A stretch of DNA of 51,490 nt from Halocafeteria seosinensis. Taxonomy: Eukaryota. A program made the position numbers and the translations under genes. Shown in pieces: positions 43,622 to 51,490 of this stretch (position 1 is the first letter of the stretch; the number at the start of each line of letters is the position of its first letter). The stretch covers positions 1 to 51,490 of the forward strand of contig LVLI01000564.1 of the NCBI GenBank assembly GCA_001687465.1, given 5' to 3'. The notes under the pieces were generated by a model that was not told where the DNA came from, searched no databases, and was given only the letters and a program-made list of their open reading frames with translations.

Positions 43622-45235
43622 TCATTGATCTTCTGGGTGGGTACACGGATCAGGAGAGCCGAGTCCTTGCATATGCTGAGAATGATCTTCCTCGGCTGTT
43701 GGAGGAGCTACCTTTTCCGTGTTTCCGTCTGAAGAAAATGATTTATTGTGCAAGGAATAGGGGTGCTGTTGTAAGCTTTCAGCCCATGAGATGGAGGCAG
43801 AACGGCTTGAGGAATACATATGCCCTGGATTAGTGTCTGTAGACATGGCCGAAGACATCATGTCGTAGCCAGAGTACCGCGTTGGAATGCTTTGCTTATT
43901 ACGCATGGCTTCTACTCCCGTGAGTAGGTCAGTTCCAGTGCTCTCGTATCCCCTGCTTGACGGATACGTCGCCACGTTCGGATAGTAAGAGGAAGGGCCA
44001 CCTTGCCGTAATGAAAATGAACCATTCGAGACACCGTTCTGTACCGTAAAAAAGTCGTTCATAGCGGAATCCGGGAACTTATCATCGGAAGTCATTACTC
44101 GTCTCTGTTTGTTGTTTGTCCCCTCGCTCACAGGATGTGGTACACTCTGACGCTTATCTCGCGAGTGAGTGACTACCTCCTCCGGGACGGGAGGAAAGCT
44201 ACCTGAATAACCACCGTAGCCATTAAACTGGATGTTCTCCCTTCCACCAGAGAGTTCGACCCCCTGTACACGCTCCCTGACAAATCCTATTTCTCTGACT
44301 GTATCGCGACCTTGAGCCATATCCGATTGCACGTGGCTATGATACGGATTTGCGGTACCCCCATTAGGAGGCATGAAACTTGAATGCATCGACACGGGCC
44401 CACTTGAATTCACTGGAGTTGAGTAAGCCATGTTTGGAGAATTGATGTAACTCAACGGTGCACCAGGCTGAGAAGGCGGAGGTCCATCGTGTGGAACAGG
44501 TGGTTCTACAGCCTGCTGAGACTGAAACTCGCCATGCAGATAATCCGGCGTTAAGTGCTTTTTCTGTTGCTCGTAGATCGCATCAATGGAGTATCCTTGA
44601 CGTAAAAGTTGAAGGGTTGTCTCTGCCCCCGGCATAAAGTGTTCCTTCATTAGCTCCTTCGCCACCTCTGGTTTAACGCCTCTCCGTCGCATCACTCGCC
44701 GCAAGGCGCTGTAATACCTATTCTTAACACAGGATTCGGATCTGAGTAAACAGAAACAATGCACGGTGAATTACGGCGGCAGAAATCATAGGAATAAGAC
44801 AGTAAAAACCCACCTTCCGTGCAAGTACTGAGCGATCTCTTTCCAGCGGTTGCCTTGGAGGGCTTGTACTTGGAACAATACAAGCTCCTCTGCGAGAGAC
44901 CAGGGACCTTTCTCGATTCGCGGGCTCACATGGTTTGCCCATCTGATAAGGAAAAACAGCAGTAGAAGGACAAAGTTCAAAATAGACCTGGAAGCGCGCG
45001 TACATACCTCTCTCGGCATTGCTTAGGTGTTCTGTTTCTGAAGTATTGAGAGATTCGAACCCAATCAGGAGTGCCATCTCCAACAGAGGCCACCAATTGC
45101 CGTAACTGCTCATCCTCCTGCATTCCATATTCTTCCACAAATGCGATACAAAAAGAAAGCCTCACAACAGCGCCATCAAAAACCCACCTCCGCGTTCCAC
45201 TTTTGCTTGCTCTTTTTCACGTCGACCGCACTCAT
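43622..45235 (-). CDS. Two-repeat (R2R3-type) MYB transcription factor; exons 45235-45188, 45117-45008, 44942-44814, 44741-43622
   Basis: KQKWNAE|EDEQLRQLV..DWVRISQYFRNRTPKQCRER|WANHVSPRIEKGPWSLAEE..GNRWKEIAQYLHGR|SESCVKNRYY. Splice phases were checked by hand. Confidence 0.92.
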
Positions 45236-46280
45236 TTTCAAAACAGAATCCTCCTTTCCGTCACGACGTGCAAATCTGCAAATATAACAATCTACTATTG
45301 AAACCTCATCATGATCAATACAGTCAGAATGGTAATTCGTTGTAGTGTCGCGGGCCGGAGCTCCCAGATCCCAGGTTTTCGGGCCAAAAACCTTCTTTCA
45401 TGCACTCTCCGCTCGGCACCTTTACCGCCCCCAGATTAAGACTCATGTAACTTATGTTAGGAAAGCGAAACCTCAGAGGACTAGTTAATCGCGTATAGCG
45501 GCAGCCCCCGTTACGATAGGGCCGTTGCGGGGGACAGAAACGGCACCTCAACAATGTCAACATATAGCATACACAGCCTATACGCGACCACACGGAGCAC
45601 CCATTGGCATCCCCTTCCTCGTATCTACCAGAATAGCACTATAGCATGGCCGTTTGTCCTTGCTAATGCCTCCAAAAAACCGAATGAAAAACGAACGACA
45701 GCTGGCAGCGGAGCCACGGCCGGAGGAGGGGAAACTTGCAACGTGGTTTTCTCCTTACCTTGTACTCGCTACCTGCGATAGAAAGTCCCCACGGAGACGA
45801 TGACCGTTGTTCTAGTCCTATAGGGCGAATGGGTGGCTTGGTTGCTTCTAATAGGGAAGGCAGCACCACCGTCGACGAATAAGAACAGCAGCGGAGAGAA
45901 GAGCATGCAATGACCGACAACTTGAAGCCCGTGGAGGCTGTTCTTTCCCTTGACACAAACAAGGCTGCGCCACTTATCAGCGGCAACAAATGGAACTTAA
46001 ATAAACGGTTTCCGGAAGGAACAATGTATTGGCATGCAGTAATACTACCAGTAGACTCGGGTATTACGGCCGATTGCCGTTACTAAGAAACCGCAACCAG
46101 CCGGCAACGACTCTAAGGGGTAACACCCAAGGGGAAACCAACAGGGAGGAAAGACTACGAACTCCGTCGGATGCGCCGCGCCCACATGCATCAGAACACA
46201 CAAAGCACTGATACCAAGGAGACAGCACAAGTTTTCGAACATGTGCATGGAGAAAGAAAGCTATGCAGTAATCCATTATT

Positions 46281-48168
46281 CTATACCACCGGCACGTTGC
46301 AGCAGCCGTTTCGTACACGTTTCATGGATGCAACATAAAAAAAATTCTGTTGAAGCAACAAGATCCAGGGAAACACATTTGTTAGTGTAGCAAGAAAGTT
46401 GTATGGTCTGTCAGTTCCCCTGAGCCTTCCTTCCGATGGATAAACGCCGAGCCCTTGATGTGTTCTGTAAACATTGAGAACTGAATCATCACTTCCGCGA
46501 CCAGAGGATCCATGAGACTTACCTTTGCTGGTTCCGCTTCGAGCAAGAAGCCTGGAGTGATGAGCGAGAAACATATCATGAAAAAAGATCAATTACAGTC
46601 GGCTACTAGGTTGGTCATACCAGCCAAAAATGTCCTCTCCAAGTTGTCGTCTAGTGTCTGTCGGTTCCCAGAAGAGCACATGATAAGCATTCTGCAAATT
46701 CTCATCAGAGGTAAGCATTTCCGACAGGATTAGAAACGAGCTGACCACCTGACCACATGTTCCATACTCACCTCATATTCTATGTAAGTTTTGTCTTCCG
46801 AGGAACAACCATCAAATACTTTTCGGCTCTCCGCTGGTTGCGTAACTTTGTCGCTTGTTGAATGAAGGATACACAACGGGCAGTGAATCTGCGTTCCACG
46901 ACGAATATACTTATTGGTTACCGGCTCATCACATAAAGAAAGCGATTTATCGCCTCTTACGTTAGCCACTTCCGATTGAATTAGCTCACATATCCTATTC
47001 AGTTCCATTCCCATTCGTAGACGCATCCTTCCTGCACTCTTGGGTCTCAACCATTCCTTAGAATTAGTTTCCTACAGGCTGGCAACGTACCTTGATAGCG
47101 AGCATTACTGCGTTTAACTGCTTCTAATTTTATGGGATCCTTAAAGCATTTATCAGTATGGTCTTCTCCAGGGACAACTGGAGCAGTCGGGAAAACCTGC
47201 AGCCATGGGCAGTGCCTGGTCACCGTCAGTATGTCTTGATTCCGTACTCGTACTAACCTTGGAGACACATTGTCCAATAGAGACAACTGCGTCTGGGGGA
47301 ATTAAGGCCGGATCTATTCCACAAAGCGGGGCAGAAAGAATTAAACCTGAACTCTTATTGCAACGTCAAGTGACGGACCCTGTGTTCACAAGCAACGAAC
47401 GAAGCAAAGCTGAAACCCACCCCGGAAGTAGTCTGGCCGCAACTGATCGGCTCTCAAAGCGGCCGCGCCTCCCATTGATTCACTGCGTCTTGCCATCATA
47501 CTACATGATACAGCAAAATGCTGCCAGTGAGTGAGTCTTATGCAATCACCGCTTACCCGTAGATGAAAATTGGGATCTCAGAGACAACCTCTGCGAAGCA
47601 TGCCAAACCCACGGCACCAATGATTTCTCGAGATTGCAGACAACTATGCATCAAGCATATATGTACCTTGTGGTGTTTCTTTGCCCAAGAATTTTTGGAC
47701 TCGCGGTATGACCACGTTATCCAGGAATTTCAGAAGACTTAGCGGTAGCTCGTCGAAGTGGTCCACATGGCACCTGGTACCTTCACTATCTCCGTGTCCT
47801 CGCCAGTCTATACCAGCAGCAAAAAACCCAAGAGAATTCAGTTGGGCTCCATATTGCCCGTAAAAGTTATCCATGAAGTGATTATACCCCTGCGGTATGA
47901 ATAGAGATATATCATATCTATGCGCTCATTCTCAGCTACGGTGAACTGGTATCCCACCTACATGGCTAAACAACACTATTCCTTTCAGCTCTGGCTTCGT
48001 TTCCTCCTCCAAACTAGTTTTCGGTACCCACATGTAGCCTTGAATCCTTCTATCGCCGTCATCGTAAAAGTCATCCGCGGGTTCAATTTCTGAGACCTGC
48101 CCGCATTGATGGTTGCCAAAAGGCACCGTCAGCGCACTCTGCACTGTGTCTATCCCCAAAAGTCTCAT
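46281..48168 (-). CDS. Alpha/beta hydrolase, monoacylglycerol lipase/lysophospholipase-like (copy A), multi-exon; ends approximate
   Basis: KGIVLFSH|GY, GIDWRGHGDSEGTR, nucleophile elbow IFIYG|ESMGG, LHSTSDKVT, SSEDKTYIEY and AYHVL. Confidence 0.82.
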
Positions 48169-48476
48169 ACCGCGCGTATATTTTGTCACGAGCAATAGCA
48201 CGGGAGTTCCTTCCTTGCTAACACGGCCAGAAGAATCAGAACTATACACACAGTTTATATAGTGTCTACGTCGTGAGACTCTGCGTCCGTCGAACATTGA
48301 AGTTAAGGAGCTAGTAGCCCAGTGCCGGATGATGATACACCAGTACAATTGTTGTACCGGTAGAAGTGTGTACACCACAGGTCACATGAAGAAGAGCGCA
48401 GGAATTGGAAATTACTCGTATGTTTATGGTGTTTATACACTCTTTGAACTAGTGAACTGATTTCTAGACCCTACAA

Positions 48477-50255
48477 CTACACATTACATGCACCAGATTC
48501 CAAAGGATTACAACAGCGCAGTGTCGTCATACATCCCTTCTTCGCCTTCCTTCCGGCGAATATAGACATTCTGTTTGATTTGGTCTGTACGAAACGAGGA
48601 TGGAAATAGAATTCCACAGACGATCAAGTATCCGGCTACTTCTCACTCACCTCGCCGGACTTCAGACCTTTGAATAAACCTGCGCCGAAAGAATTTGATT
48701 TAAAGGCAGCATCCTCGGAACGACCATGAACATCACTTACCAACTAAACATGTCTTCTCCAACTTGCCGTATTGTGTCTTTTGGCTCTCCCCATAAGATG
48801 TGGAACGCTCCCTGGAGGATGAGAGTGGCTCAATCGTGGATACGAACGGCAGTTGGCTCAATTCAGCACATTTTTAAGTACCTGGTACCCGATGTAGGTT
48901 TTGTCTTCAGACGATGAATTCTTGAACAATTCAAAACTCTTGTCCGGGTCCGTTACTTTATCCTCTAATGCGTGCATGATGCATATCGGAGTTCGAGACT
49001 GTTGATAGTAGGCCGAATTGATGAATTTGAGCGTATAGGACCATGCGAGCCGTACACACCTTAGTGGCATCCGCTCGGACAACTTTGCAGAGTTTATACA
49101 ATTCCATGGCCGTGCCCAAACGCATTCCTCCTGCAGTGATCTCTTTGTGCCGTCGGAAGAATCCAGATCAGTTCAACGCTAACACACCTTTGTATCGAGG
49201 TGGAGAGTTCAGCACAGAAGCCAGTTTACGCGGATCTTTCAGTCCCCAAGTGGTGCCACCACTTTCGTCCCCCGCAAGCAGTGGGGCTGTTGGTGCAAGC
49301 TGAGCATCAGGGCAATATTGAATGGTTCCAATCAGCATCAATAGTCTACCTGGTCAACTTACTTGACTGAGCGCTTTGCCTGTATGCAGTGCCAAGGTCG
49401 ACGGCAGCCATTCATCCTTGATACCACACAAGGGAGAGTGCAACAAGATACCTGTAACTCTATTCCGGAGTTACGGTGTCTCAGCTTCTCGCAATTCTGA
49501 TTCAGTCGTGCTTACCTCGGAAAGAGTCAGGTCTCAGTCTATCCGCTCGTAAGCACACGCTTCCGCCCATAGATTCACTGCGCCCCGAGATATAATACAA
49601 TGCTTGTTGATTCCTATGGAAAAATTGCACTCACCCATAGAGAAAAATGGGAAGCTCTTGGTTCTCATCTGCAAGGTGTTTCAGTCAACACTACTACCAT
49701 TTGTCCACTAAGAGTCCTTCAGCTACACGCACCGTCTCCTAAACTCAATCCTAATAGCTGCTTTAGCATTGGCTGTACGCGGGTATCCAGGAAATCGAGT
49801 AAAATATGCGATAAGTTGTCATGTTCTTCGATATAGCATCTAGTTCCATCACTATCTCCATGTCCAGGATAGTCTATAGCAGCGGCTATAAATCCGTATT
49901 GGTTGAATTGGCAGGCCAGTTGCCCGATCCATACCCCGATGAAGTGATTGTACGCCTGCAAAGAATGACGTAGTAACGAACAGGTAAGACACAGGCAGTG
50001 ATCTTCTTGTTCCCTTACATGGTTCAACAGGACGGCACCTCGCGGAGACTTCCTTTCTCCCTTTTGGTGTGCGGAAACTATTGATTTAGGAATCCACACG
50101 TACCCTTGAATTCGACGCTGCAAACTATCAAAGAAGTTGTCTATCGGCTCTATATGGCAGACGTCACCGCATTTTGCATTTCCCAAAGGCCATGTTGTGC
50201 TTTTCAGGAGTCTATCAATATCAAGGACTCTCCTCGTTGATTCTCGACAAGCCAT
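48477..50255 (-). CDS. Alpha/beta hydrolase, monoacylglycerol lipase/lysophospholipase-like (copy B), multi-exon; ends approximate
   Basis: RGAVLLNH|AY, AIDYPGHGDSDGTR, IFLYG|ESMGG, MHALEDKVT and SSEDKTYIGY. The introns after the His and within G|ESMGG are at the same positions as in copy A. Confidence 0.82.
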
Positions 50256-51205
50256 TTCGAAGTACCTGTGAACTCGCACAGTGTTTGCGCCAACAGCCAG
50301 ACAGGTGACTCGTTAGATGTATTTCGGTTCGTACCCCCTGCGAGACCAGAGTGAGCAGACAGGTGGCGAATGTCGATCCGGAATCCATGAGCGATCTGAT
50401 CGAGAAATCAAAGCCATCACGCTGGCCACATTTTATCTGATCTGTGAAACAACCGCCGAACCGTATCCGTCGAACAGCTGCCGATTAGTTGTTCATTCGG
50501 GACTTCACTGGCTCTTTGGATCTATCTATTGAGCCATAGCTCACTAAGTGAGTGGTGAGGCAGATGATGATGACATCCAACCCCTATCATGGTCGCTCAT
50601 AACCTCTGTACTGTTTTTCCTGACGCTGGTGGACATGAATTCCAATCGTGCATGACCATTACCTATGGTGAGGATGAAGGACCGATAACTCGCAATGGCA
50701 GAAAAGACAGAGAAAGAAATTGGGGGAGGAGCAAGATTGGATGCACCTCCTTCCGTATCCCTGGTCAGCTAACGTGTCCCGATTCGTGTCCCTTCGTACC
50801 ACACTGTACTACAACTGTACCAAGTGATAGGCAGTCCATTGGGGGAGCAATTCCTCTGCTCTCGTCAAAGGATTTCTTAAAGCGGTTGATTTAGATGCTA
50901 TGATATGCCTGGAAACCAAGAAAGATGAGCACCAATCCTTCACGCAACCGTAATTGCACATACTGTCGATACCAAAAATAAGGGCGAAAACTTTTTCGCC
51001 CTTATTTTTGCCATCTGTGTACAAGTACTATATAGACATGGAACGAGTTGTACCGGGTGAAAAAATACACGCTTTTTATTGTGCTCAAAGGGCTTTCCAA
51101 AATTCGCATTCGTTATCGAGATATGGGGTCTTCCCTGGCCACAAAACGTCGTTCACAAAGCGCCAGGGGTCAAAATTTGTGCCCCTTTGCCTCCCCTCTA
51201 GAATT

Positions 51206-51238
51206 CCCGGCGGAAGCCCGGCCGGGCTATCCGCCGGG
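51206..51238. repeat. Near-perfect GC-rich palindrome
   Basis: CCCGGCGGA-AGCCCGG|CCGGGCT-a-TCCGCCGGG (16-bp arms, one extra base). Confidence 0.8.
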
Positions 51239-51490
51239 TTTCTTCTTCAAGACGTGTTTGTGAAGTTCTGGCAACTGGTCGCTAAGATTGGAATTCCAGC
51301 GGCCTGTGGCAGTATTTACTAGCCATTTACGCCCATGCTCTGAACGGAAAACAGCTCCGTTTATCGATAATCCAGTACGATTCACTTGGGAGAAAAAAGA
51401 GCCAACTAAAAGTACACAGGAATGGCAAATTCCTGTTTAGAGCGTCACGCGCGCGGCTCATCGGCTACCAATGAGGAGTTCGAGCTACAT

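Noticed and set aside
45780..46005. Possible RNase MRP/P RNA (GAAAGTCCCC ... ACAAATGGAACTTA)
   Set aside because: The two P4 strands pair poorly (C-A mismatches) and no convincing CR-IV or P1/P2 helices were found. It would need an Rfam hit.
1..51490. CRISPR arrays, tRNA/rRNA genes, transposase or reverse transcriptase ORFs, viral hallmark genes
   Set aside because: None seen. The observed repeats are coding or isolated, and most small track ORFs are antisense or alternate-frame shadows of the called genes.

Overview
Gene-dense eukaryotic DNA, probably from a protist (short GT-AG introns mostly about 60-120 nt, very short intergenic gaps); the taxon cannot be named from the sequence alone. 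Both ends carry intron-containing housekeeping genes. Left: an Asp/Asn beta-hydroxylase-like gene missed by the ORF track, an ER-type FKBP and a 1-Cys peroxiredoxin. Right: biotin-protein ligase, UNC-45, a coiled-coil/PGP-repeat protein, SNRNP40, a two-repeat MYB and two tandem alpha/beta hydrolases. Between them (about 3.5-30.8 kb) lies a block of genes whose coding regions are single long ORFs. It holds a ~2290-aa GLUG-like/Cys-rich multi-TM surface protein; four same-strand paralogs sharing an unrecognised, internally duplicated C-terminal domain that resembles Ig-fold (STAT/Rel/CudA/p53-type) DNA-binding domains; a decayed Cys-rich membrane-protein pseudogene; a SAP + nucleoside-phosphorylase (PNP_UDP_1) fusion resembling immune ATP nucleosidases; and two tandem TPR paralogs with a shared upstream inverted repeat. 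This block is the best candidate for an undescribed, possibly defence-related system. All family calls come from reading motifs by eye; no searches were run.
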